From Pocillopora damicornis (taxonomy: Eukaryota): a stretch of DNA of 64,000 bases. The stretch's first letter is position 1, and every line of letters starts with the position of its first letter. The translations under genes were made by a program, and so were the position numbers. The notes under the pieces are model-generated. The model worked only from the letters and a program-made list of their open reading frames with translations, searched no databases and was not told the DNA's origin. Below, one piece after another: positions 50,896-62,783 of the stretch. Where the stretch lies: positions 1-64,000 of the forward strand of contig NW_020844730.1 in the NCBI RefSeq assembly GCF_003704095.1. Reading direction: 5' to 3'.

Positions 50896-52399
50896 TATCT
50901 TGAAAACATGGCATGGACCTGAATTCCTTACCCTAAACTGTAGGCAATTCAATCTCTCGTCAGCCAACAAAAGAGAAGTACATTCTCACATAATGAGAAA
51001 AATGCTTAAAGGAAGTGTTTTTCAAGGAGATCTAATTTCTTCAACTCTGCAGATCTCTTAAAATAAAGAATGCTCGACTTCAAGGCACACGAATTAATTA
51101 CTTTTAGGCAAATTGAAAGGTGAGGATGGAAGTTAATGGGAAGAAACATGATACTTCACTATGACACCTGCTACAGGAAACAAATCTCAGGAGTGATAAA
51201 GAGAAAGTTTAACTCACGGAAAATTTTCCTATACGCTGATGCAAAGTGTAGTCGCTTTCAATAAAGAATCAGACGTCTAAGCACTGTCACTTCCCGTTTC
51301 ACATCTTACGACGTACCAGCTACGTTTCCTGCTCGAAGATTTTATGACGTAATGTTTTGCCACCAACACAAACCACTTGCTGATTTTTCCCCTTTTTACG
51401 GGTTGTAGTTTTCTAAGTTTTTCATTGTAGCCAAATAGCCTAACCCTGGATTACACAGATCGTGGATGAAATATAAATTGAGGGAGTATAAACACTATTT
51501 TTCACGTAAGAGGGGGCGAAGTATTTGATCGATTTAATTGCTACAACCTGCTGTCAACAACCAGATTGACACCAAATCACGACCTTTTCACTTCTCATTT
51601 CTATCTTCAATTAATTCTGAGCATTGTTAACTCCAACCCGTTAGAAATAGGATCGTCATAAATGTAGATCGGAGTGTACTCTGAGGTCAGAAGATTAGGA
51701 CCAACGGATGTGGTTGCCTTCGTGAACGGGGCAAAAACACAACTGGAAATCGTAAGAAATTTTCTCTCTTTCCTTTATCCTTTTACAAGCAACTACTCCT
51801 GGCTTCTGCACCCAGTGCAGCGCATTATATTTTCCGAGGAAAAAATTATTACCATAGTACAGTTTTAGTTCAGTTCTCCTTACTTTCATTAACGCGCATT
51901 TGGAGGGACTGAAACGAGCATTTCCTGAAGCATGATGTTTTCTGATGGAAACATAGAATTACAACGCTCCACCACTCATTACCAAGAAACAACTTATGAG
52001 AAAGTTTGACCCTCTAACTGATTTAAAATGTTACTATTCTTTCGAGCGACCATCGATTTGAAAACCTGAAATGTGTTATCTGGCGAAAAAAACCCAAAAT
52101 ATATAGGTCAACACCTTTCGCAATCTCAACCTTAAATGCAAATTAAACTATGTGAAATTCAAACTTTTGGTCTCAGAATAACGTAATTTGATGAAGCTTG
52201 ATGAAACTCATTACTTGTTATGTTAAGCTCAATGTAATGGCAGAGAGATACCAGGTCCGTGAAATAACGTGCTAAACTTGACTGAGCATAAAATTCTGAG
52301 TGATTCAAACCACCATTCCTGAAGTAGCTCGTAGTAATTACGCGCTGTACGCGCTCCCCAGATGCAATTTCTCTTTTGCGCTGATCGCGTCTTTCCAAC

Positions 52400-52600
52400 A
52401 GGCGCTCTTACCATGTGACCAAACTTCCTCTTTTTGTTTAAAGTTCATAGCTCCTGCCTATTTCTCCTCGTATATTATTAGATTTTCCAACATTCCTAAC
52501 TATTCTATAAGGCAGAACACTAGATTATCGTTACCGGAAGCAGAAACAAATTTTGGTAAAAACACTTTGCTTTTAACTGAAAGAAAAGTTTTAATGTGCA
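52400..52600 (+). mobile_element. Short LINE ORF2 C-terminal fragment
   Basis: APAYFS...NYSIRQNTRLSLPEAETNFGK resembles the C-terminal end of CR1/L2 ORF2. Confidence 0.45.
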
Positions 52601-52739
52601 AAATAGATTTTAATGCGGGTCTAATTTTTTTGAGAATTTTTTTAGTTACTTGATGGAAATTAGATTTTTAACGTAATTTTAATTTTTTAACCAAATTTTA
52701 ATCATAATTTATATTTGATATCAGGCTCAACCCTGAAAA

Positions 52740-54730
52740 CTTGTCCAATGAGAACCTTATACTGATTGCAAAATAGCTTTCATGGTAAAAGGACTGAAAT
52801 TAATCCTAAGTACCCCTGTACTGGCTTCACATAAAACCCTCCTTAAAGATTTTACGGACTTTACTCGCTCTTTGCGCCTAAAATAGCCAAACGCTACCAA
52901 ATAGGCAAACGGTTGCTTTTGAAAATTATTTGGAGCTCACGGAAGTAGAGACTGCCTCTATAACCATTCCCAACGGAAAAGATAATCTAAAAGCAAAGCA
53001 AAAATATGCAGTTAACAGCGAGATAAATCTTAAAAAAGCCGACAAAGAAACCACTACAGTTATAATGAATACCAAACTAGCAGTCTCTAATAGGAAGTGA
53101 AATACTTCGAGGTTAACTCAATATACTTTCGCCGCAAAACTTCATAAAACTCACCTCACATAAGAAAATCCCCACTCCAGCACACTTCAAAGCATGCGGT
53201 CGACTCTGTCAATGCTACACATTGTTTCGCTACCGCTGACCAATGTAATGTAGACGTGTTCATAGGAACAAACATATTTCGGTAGCCCGACCACAAATCG
53301 AAATCAGAACTGGCTGTAAACTCGTGCTTAGACCTACGCACAATAGAAAGCTCGTCAAGATTAGTGTTGTTGCGAGCGAACGCAGCAAGCGAACGCAGCA
53401 AGTGAGCAGCAACAAAACATACAGGAGGGTTACGAACAAGTCTCTAACGAGAAATCCTATTATCCCCTTACACAACCAACAGTGTCTGAAACAGCCAAAA
53501 AAGTCAAAACGATTGTCAACATTTTGTTTACTAAAGAACACATTGACAACATGACCTATAAGTGGCTCAATTCAGGCGAAAAAACGACCTAGAATACAGA
53601 AATTTTATATGCTGACCAAAGTACATAAAAACCATTCCTGTCGGCAGACCCATCGTGTCTAGTAACATGGCCCGACAGAATGTATTTCCAGTTCTTACAA
53701 CTGATCGCGAAAACACAAGCCTTACATTAAAGACACTACTCAGTTTATAAACTTCATCGAAAACACTCCACTTCCAGAAGAAGCGGTTTTAGCTACTTTC
53801 GACGTTTTTACTGATCAGTTATACTAACATTCCCTTAGAAGAGGGAATTAAAGTCATCTGTCAAAACTACGAAGAGCATTTCAGTCAAAACGTCCGATCC
53901 CAACAAAACGAAAATTCTCAAATTCGGCGACAAACACAATCTACAAACGCACGGAGTAGCTGTGGAAACAAAAATGGAGGTAGCTTTTGCGGTCATATTC
54001 ATGGCTCATGTTAAGAAACAGCTACTAGCTACAAGCCCACATGAACCATTTCTTTGCAAAAGATACATTGAGGACATTTTTTTTCCGTGTGGACCTTTTC
54101 CGAAACCGAAATCAACAACTTCATTGATTTCGCTCTACGATTTCATTCTACGCCACTATTATATTCACGCATGAACTGTCGTCAGAAAAAATTGTTTTCC
54201 TCAATACTGAGGTTTTTTAAAGGACCCAGATTTATCGATAGCAAAATCCGTGATGTTTACACATATTATAAGCCGACAGAAATGTTCCAATAAACGCACT
54301 TCTCTCCATGCCACCCTCTCAGTGTTTAGAAAGGTTTTGTAGAAGGAAAAGCACTACGCTCACTGAGAACAATCTCTCAACAATCTCAACAATCTTTTGA
54401 ATGGAAGAAGAAAAAATTTTGTAACTCACCATATAAAACAAGGCTACCCTCAGGACCTCGTCGAAAAGATCTCAACCGAACCAAAATTTTTATCACGCAA
54501 CACGGCTTTAAAAAACAAACTGAAATCATTTAAAAGATTTTGCCGTTCGTTCCAACTTTCAACCCTGCCAACCAGAATCTTAGAAAGATTCTTTAGAGAC
54601 TCTGGCACCTCATTTTTGGCAACAATGACCTGGCGCAAATATATCCTAATCCCTTAATTGTTGTCATCAGAAGGACAGGTCTCTAAAAGGTTCTCTTATT
54701 AGAGCACAACTTCCTTCGCTTTAATCACAC
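52740..54730 (+). mobile_element. Degenerate Penelope-like retroelement reverse transcriptase, with an internal insertion (~53080-53460)
   Basis: Frameshifted motifs LKKADK, FYMLTKVHK, GRPIVS, YIKDTTQFINFIE, YTNIP, GVAVETKM, RYIEDIF, YYKPT and QGYP, in the order expected for Penelope RT. Confidence 0.8.
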
Positions 54731-56670
54731 AACAGAATTTTAGGAGTTAACACGGTAAAGGTCTTGTGACAGTACTATAGCACTGAGCTGAATTGGCTTC
54801 CCTGTCTGATAAAAGTTTTACTTTACTTTAACCTGTGAATTCCTGCCACAATTCCCTTATTGCTGAAGTCCATGAGTTTGTTAGGTAACCTTGAAAATTC
54901 CCTGTATCATCTTAATTAAATAGCCCGAGTTATCAACTTTTATATCATATTATTATTTTACTATTACGCCATTTTACCATATTGGGGCAACGGAACCCGA
55001 AAAATATGTAACAATATTTCATAGTAGAACAGGGGGAGTGTGGAGCAACAAAATGGCCGCACTGAACTACCCAAACAGTGATTGTTCTTCCTTTTCTCAG
55101 GCATGACTCTCTCAGAAGCGAACGTTAGGCCCAGAAGATTTTTGGTGGTCGGAAAGAAAACTTTTTCAAATTACTTCATCTTCTACGCACGTCGTATGCG
55201 ATCGGTGCGATGCTCGATTAAACTGTCGGGAGTATTTCCAAAACTAGACGTCAAATGGTAGAAAATTAAACTCTTGTTCTAAAGTTTAACATGTAATGCG
55301 AGCGAACATCTTGCTCATTGCCAGTATAATTCCTTGCCCTTATGAGGCTCGCAAAAAGAAAAACGCAACTCGCAAAATATCCGCGCGTATTATATGTTAA
55401 ACCAGAAAATGAGGTGTATATATTTACAAAAAACAGGACCTCTTTAAAGACATATTGCAAATGTTTTCTAGAAGATTGTGATTCGATAGCATTCAAATAT
55501 GTCCCAAGCGCTTCACTAAGTTTGGAAAAGATGTTAAATACGGTGTCCAATAAGGTGTCCTGTATGCATTGCCAATGCCACTTCATCTGTGTACGCGCAT
55601 GCCATATGTGAGCTGCTCGGTATAAGGCGCTCAAAGTAAAACAAAAAAGTTTATCAAGCGTTTGTTACAACGCAACTACGGATTCTAAACATGCAACTAA
55701 CACGGCGTAATTTAAGAAATTACAATGCATGTAGTGTAGATAACCAACGGTTATGTACTAGGTAAACCCACCATGTTTCTACAGAATGCACATAACAAGG
55801 TTGTGTTGGTGTTTGCATTTATCACCTTAGTCAAATTATTATACCTGTCAATCGATTTAAAACGATCCGCCTGTTAAGAGACTAATATTCCAGTGTTACT
55901 GAAGCGTTACCAGAGCGAAGTGATTTATCAGTCTATCAGCAAGAACAGTTTTAAGTCTCATGTTCGGAGTCAGCAGGTGAATAATCACGAAACACTAAGC
56001 ACAGTCGAAACCCTCCTACAACATGGCAACCCCAGAATAATCCTTCAAGAAAGAGGATACAAGCAATCATCGCCTTCGTTTCTTCTTGATAACCTTAGTT
56101 TAACTAAACATTTAATCTTTACTTTCTCCCACGTGCAGGCTAAATATTGGCGAAGTCGATGGACTGCACAACTTGGTGGTAAATATTTAATTTTGCTTGA
56201 CTTTAGAACATCTTGTTGAATCTAATGACGTCATTTAGTGGAAATGACCAAATAGGAAACATTTTCAAGTTCTCTTTGATCTGGATTTTTGTTTTTTGAA
56301 CGGTAAGTTAGAATGTGATTGAAGTTTTTAGCTTTCTGTAACTCCTATTTACATATACAAAGCAAAATATTTCAGCTTGCGAATGGAACAGATTTTATTA
56401 TATAAACAATAATAATTACAAGCAACATAGAAAAAACCTGCTTTGCTAAGAGGATTTGGAGCAAAGTTGAAAATATGGTAGAAACATGTTGATAAAAACG
56501 ATTAAATCTAATAAAGTTTGTTGTTGGCGAGCAGTCTATACAAACTTATCAACAAACAGGGCCTGATAACCGGAGCAGACATAACTTTTGGTGGCAAAAT
56601 AATATATCATTTTCCTGGCAGGTACAAATTTGCGATAAATAAACAATAACGAACAAGGAAAGGCCGTGGA

Positions 56671-59600
56671 ATGAACAGGAGACTTCTTCTAACGTGCCTG
56701 ACATTGTGTTTGTCGCACGCGGGTAAGTTTTATGTTACAAATATCAATCAACCTGGATATAAGATGGTACTGACATGCTGTGAGATGTTTGAATATTCTA
56801 ATTTCTTTCCACCAGCCTCGCCACAAGTAACAAACGATTGATGTACTAACTTCAAATGTGACCCAGTTCCCTCAGATGGAAATTGTTGTCTTCTTTTTGT
56901 ATCATAATTATCAGTTCTGTTTTTAAGTCGCAATCTCGTAATTCTGGTTTTTTGGCTCCTATCCCAGCTTCCTTATCCTATATTTTCCGTTTGACTTGAC
57001 CTTTCATTTACGATTTGAAACCGTATTGTATCTAAAACTATTGCCAAAAGTTTGCCGTCCTTTTTATTGATGTAAGCGAACTGTCTCAAAAATTTCTATG
57101 TATCTTTCCAAGAGAGTGATATTTGTTGGACTCCAAGACCAAATAAACATCCACCATATTCTTATTTTCACAATTTAGGCTAAACTGAATATTAGTGCAC
57201 TCGTAAAGTCGTGATGTTTTTAAGAAGTCCGGGTAAAATCTAGAGAGACATTACAGTCGCGATCAGCGAAAAATGGACAATGTCATATCGAAATGATTGC
57301 TTGTACGGACAGTTTAAGAGTGGCGACAAATCTTATTAAGCTAAAAATAATAGTAAATTGAAAGTGAAAAAGTAAGAAACAGGTACTCTATTGTGCTTTT
57401 CGATTCACTTGCCCTTTCTCTATTCTTAAGAGGAGACCGTCCTAATTTGGTCACTGACAAAGTCTTTTTGGGACATGCTTGCAATAAGTTGCTTATTGGG
57501 CTTGCTAAGTATATTTTCAATGGATCCACTAAAAGAGGAGGATAGACAATCCCCGAAGCTTAATTAAAGCCACTGTGAGGCCTCAACTTGGTAACAAAAA
57601 GAAGAAAATCAAAATTTAATCGCAACAATCATTGACAGATGTTTTGCTCTATTGTGTATACTTTCCTGTTTGCTTGTTTGTTCAGTTTATAGCTTTGTGC
57701 TGTCTAGATGCTTACAGTTTGTTTAGCTATTCGTCTGCTTGCTTCACATGTATATTGTTATTGACATTATTCTTGTTACAGTATTATCGGCACCGTTGGA
57801 GTCATCTTCTGGAAAGTCTGGCGAAGACGAAGGTGAGCTTTGTGAACTGTTTCCTGTGTCTTTAATTTGATAAGCGCAACGGGAGCTGGGATAAGTGGGA
57901 ATTATTCTCTGAGCCTGATGCTCCCAAGAATCACAAGGAAAAGAGGAAACTAACGAATCTGTAGGATGCACCAAATTTATTTATGGTGCAAGGTCAAACA
58001 AATCACAAGGGGTGTTTTATGGACAAAAAAGCGTGCAAATTTCTTTATTTGATTCGTTCTTAGCGCATCCAGCGACTCCAAAGTCGGTTAATCTTGAAGA
58101 TAAAGGTAAGTGTAATTTCAAATCATGCATGTGACCTCCAAATGCATGTGCCGCGGAAATAATAAACAAATTAGCATAGTTTGGTTAAGGTTGTGATCAA
58201 GGGTTAAACGAACTTTAAACCTTCACGCAAAAAATTAGCAGTACTATTCATAGTTGAATGTGTATTGTGCTCTCCCCCGTTCGTGGGACTTAAACCCGTT
58301 GTTAATTTTCTTAATGAGTGTTTTACATAGACTTGGACATAATTCATGAGTACAGCTGCTCCTTGAATGAAAAATATTGGCCTCTGTTATAGTGAGTAAT
58401 GTCATAGTATGGTCAGAAATTTGTTTTTGTCTTAGTAAAAGAGGCAGTGCAAAAAGCTGAACTAGACGCAAGTCTAGCTGCGCAAGATGCTGTAAAGCAT
58501 GGACATAAGGCTGAGACAAGAGTTGAGAGCATCAAAAGCTCTGAAGCAAGTGAGGGCAGTAATGATCACAATTCAGACGAGAAGCCACCAGCTTCCAGAA
58601 AACATGAGACGTCAGGTAAACCCAGCGATTCCCTTAGTTAAGTTCAACCATGCTAAAACTGAAATGGTGAGATTCTCTGTTCTATTTGAATCTATGCTAA
58701 TTAGTCGGAACTTTATGAAACTTAGCACCAAAATTTGTGTCAGGGCAGCAGTCTTCGATCAGCTCCTCAGTTTCGCTGCCAACTTAATATCATCTTCAAT
58801 AAAACCTTAGTTACAAAATGGCTATGTAAAATTATCATCATTTTTGTAGCAAGTGACCTGGACGAAGGACCCCATGTAAAGCGAGTAAAGGAGCACAAGG
58901 TAAACCGAAAGCCAAGCGGAATGGGGAAGATGTTAGGACTGGGTGAACTGGGAGACATTGGAGGAAACAATAATGAGTACAAAGAAGACACTAGGCTGGA
59001 GGATCGCTTAGCCATGGAAGCTGAAGAGGAAAAGAAATACGAAACCGGAGAAGGATATGGCACAGGAGGAGGAGGAGGAGGAGGAGGAGGAGGTGGAGGT
59101 GGTGGTTGGGAAGATGGAGGAAAAGGTGTGAACTGGGCCACAAATATCCAAAGACAAGACGCTGCAGAGGTAAAAATGACTATGTCTAAAATGCCTCATT
59201 AAAGAGGACTTGCTGAAGCTTTCATTCAGCAAACAATTCACTTAGCATAAGGTAGAGAGTGGACAAGATATTACAAAGATTGCAAATCGTAAAAATCACC
59301 AAAGTACTGTGAGCACGTAGTAAACTTTGGTCTTCCATACAAATCATATTTATCTGTTTCCCCATTGCTTTAATTAGCTAGTTAAGAGCCGTAGAGCTGC
59401 TTTTACTCTTTTTCCTTGTTTATACACAGAAACAAAGCATTCAAGCCCAAGTTGCCTCTGAAAGTGCACATGAGTTGGATGAGATCCAGCGCGCCATTGC
59501 GGCTGAGTCTCAATCTTCACGCGGTTCTGCATCAATTGGCAACGGAGGTGCTTCAGTAGTTGGGGGAGCAGGCGGGGTATGTAATACTCTTTCACTTTCT

Positions 59601-61526
59601 ACTTTCCACCATTTACTGATTTATTTTGTCGAGCTTAAATAGAACATTTTTACGGATGTTTTTCTTTTTACAAAAGCAACCGATATTGTACAAAACGTAA
59701 ATAAACAAGTCATTGTTTGTATTGTTTGTCATTATCCAACCGCGCTAAGTAAAGTACAAAGAATGCGGAAGTAGGCAAAAGTGCACGCTACAACCTCGAA
59801 ACTGAATCCGATAATCAATGAGTTTTAATGATTGAAATAAATGAATAATTATATTCATCAACCCGGCATACGTTGCCCTTATTGTGACTTTTACTCATAT
59901 TTCCATGAAATCCTGATGTAGAAGATGATTCATTTCGAGATCCATGTATCATATCACTTATCATGAAAAGCTCGATGCGTCCCCAAACTTTTCATTTGAA
60001 CACCAACTAACAACGTCGTTCGTTATGTATGTTTGCCTATCAAAGTGCAGTGATGATTGTTTACAGTATTTGCTCATCAAAATAGGTTCAGGATCAAGAA
60101 GGTATGCAACCAAGGATATCAAATCCAGAAGGAGGAAGAGGGCAACCAATGGCCTTTGTAGGAGCTCAGCAAAAAGGAATTACTCCTTCTGAGAACCAAG
60201 GTTAATGCACTTATATACCAATCATCTTTTTCTTCACCACCGAAATGGGCTCTGACAGTAAGATGCCTTCTAACTTTCCTAATCTTAACCAACTGTAATA
60301 ACCTTAACCCACCTAAAGGTGGTCCTTTCACGACTATAAATCGCAATTAGCTATGCCAGTGTTAACTTTCTTCAAATACGTTTTCTCAACTAGCTTACAA
60401 GTAAGCTACCTAGAACAGTATACCAACAGAGAGCTTCCTCACTTTGGCGATTAATAGAGAAACTAATGATACACATATTCCAGCATTCTAACAAGACATC
60501 TTGTTGAATGTGTCTCTCCTTTTGCATGCCTGCATGATGACGGACATATAAAAACCTTGACCACGCAGAGGAATTTCAGGAATATTCATCACCTTATCTA
60601 TCCGTTGGTCAGCCAGGTTGGTCCAAATATCTCGTAGTTCCCCTTTTCTTCAGTCGCGTCTTTTCCAGTTCGAAAATATCTAAAAAGAAATTAGGAAATT
60701 TCATACTTCCTTCTTGCTAACGAGTATCGCTGGTAGTCATCATTTTTATTCAAAAATTAATCTCTTACATTCAAGAGACACTCTAAACAATAAAAAAACA
60801 ACAATAACAACAGCACACACACAAGCATACAGCCGACGTGAGGCGTTTCAATTAACCGAAAATTTTCGCACAGAGATCTCAAGCCTCGTTCACCAAGCCG
60901 ACAAAATGTTGCCGGGCGAGATGAGAGGATCATCTCAACAAAACAACATGGTAATCGGTGGCTTAGGAGCCCGTGGAAGTCAGGGTGTAAGTGAAGGTAT
61001 AGCAAGCTTTGGAGGAATAGAGGGGGGGCAGCAACTTGGAGCACAAAGTCAAGTATCACCGATGGAGCAACCTCCCGTGGCATCCGAAAGAGCTGGATAT
61101 GGAGGTGCCTTGGAGCAAGGTGCAGTGAATCAGGAAGGATTGGGTCAAGGGGGTCTGGCAGGATTGAGTGACTCTGCAGTGAGCCGCATGAGCGAAGGTG
61201 GAACAGCGGGAGGATCCTTGCAAGGAATCCAGGGAGCTCAGGATGTTCAAGGGATGCAGAGCTTGACATCTGCTTTTGCAGGGGGGCAACAAGTGCAGGG
61301 TGGAATGCTATCTGATGGAGGAGGTGTTAGCAGCTTGCAAGGGCAAGGATTAATGGGAGGTGGTCTTCAAGGAGGCTTACAAGGTATGATGGGCGGTGGA
61401 TTGGCAGGCCTGCCGGCCATGGGCGGTGGAGGACAATTTGCACAACAGCAAATGTCATTTAAAAAGGTTTGTGGCAAAAAGCCGAAAAAAAAAATTAAAC
61501 ATCGAAATGACGTTATCTATAACTGA
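56671..61526 (+). CDS. Cluster gene 9: secreted Gly/Gln/Glu-rich protein with poly-Gly (~519 aa, 8 exons)
   Basis: Exons 56671-56722 (MNRRLLLTCLTLCLSHA), 57782-57832, 58064-58105, 58436-58615, 58850-59169, 59430-59576, 60086-60200 and 60874-61526. All GT-AG, phases 1,1,1,1,0,0,1, open throughout. Confidence 0.75.
59065..59106 (+). repeat. Coding (GGA/GGT)n microsatellite encoding Gly14
   Basis: Read directly within exon 5 of gene 9. Confidence 0.9.
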
Positions 61527-62114
61527 AAGCCGTCAATCTTACGTGACTTATGCATTTTGTCACTACTGCTTTTCTCTTTTCATAAGGCGTGGTTGATAAA
61601 ATACAGGCAAAAGTCAACATACATTCAGCAAGGAAGAGCAAACCTTGAATCCAGAGACGCAAGAAAGGATAATCATGTGCATGATTGATCTTTGGGGGAG
61701 GTTAAAATGTTCTTGGTGAATAAAAGAATCACGAAACGATATTTTTTAAATTTGTTTGGTTTGAAAAAGAAAGATTGTATCTCAGTAAATAAGATGAAGG
61801 GTGTCCGTACATCAGAGGTGTGGTTTGATCATAGACACTATTAAGTTATTTCGAATAGGAATAAGCATTGTGTTCAGAAATGTACCGTAAACGCTACGTT
61901 ACTATCACATCACAAATCTGTTCATCTTCCACTGACACATAAGTTCACCACATGTGCCTGCTAGCTATTACTGCATAGTAAGTTATGACTTTCTTTATAA
62001 ATACTTCAAAAGGAATGGACAAAGACATTTTCATCATTTCTACGGACTAATGATAACAATAACTGCGGCAGAATACTACTGACTCACTGACGACTTACTT
62101 TTATCCCTGAACAG

Positions 62115-62783
62115 TCAACAATAGCAAGACCACGAGACTTCCAGGTAACGATTTAACCTTACTGGCAGTTAGACAAAGTAAAGCTTTGAAAACGACTTTG
62201 ACGTCGCCGTAAGGACAAACAATTGATACCTTTGGCCTCTATTGGACGGACACCATCTTACCAAATTCATCTACTTAAATGAACCCCTTTTTTTTCTGAG
62301 TGACTTTAAGACCGGCAACATCTAAGAAAATTGCAAGTGAGCCACGGCTAACGTTCTTGTCGATCTGCAATTACCTTGCTTTCACAACAAATAGCGAGGC
62401 ATTTTTAAAAATTAGCCGTATTAAGCTCAGTTTGGTTGGACATCAACGTTAATTTCAATTTCAGCGCTCCAAGACACACCAGAAGGAGGACACCAAGACT
62501 AAACATAGGAAACCTTCCCAAATACATAAAGATGCTTTTTCAAAGAATTCTGTGCCAAAGAGGCATTTAATGGAGGATAGAAAGACAGTATCAGTCAAAA
62601 AGGTAGGACGCTATCGATGAATAACGTTCATAGATTTTCTAGCTGAAATCTGCTTGTGGCATGGAAAATATCATCAGGAACTGAGCGTGGGCGAAATACA
62701 AATTTGGCAATATTTTTTCGATATTCTTCCAGCTGCAGGACATTAAAACGGAACGAAGCAGATATAAACCAATTGAGTTATAG
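62115..62783 (+). CDS. Possible tenth cluster member (partial; signal exon not identified)
   Basis: Candidate exons joined by phase-0 GT-AG introns: 62115-62144 (STIARPRDFQ), 62465-62602 (RSKTHQKGDTKTKHRKPSQIHK...VKK) and 62733-62783 (LQDIKTERSRYKPIEL*). Confidence 0.3.

Noticed and set aside
58767-59141. Minus-strand poly-Pro ORF resembling a minicollagen or extensin segment
   Set aside because: Reverse complement of the Gly14 tract of gene 9; no Cys-rich domain or Gly-X-Y helix.
59382-59429. In-frame LRAVELLLLFFLVYTQ as the signal peptide of a separate gene
   Set aside because: No ATG and preceded by TAG; better explained as the polypyrimidine tract of the 59430 acceptor.
15320-61526. Cluster genes as classical neuropeptide precursors or acidic skeletal proteins (SAARP/CARP, galaxin)
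   Set aside because: No repeated amidated peptide copies (x-G-KR), no long Asp-rich domains beyond short blocks, and no di-Cys repeats.
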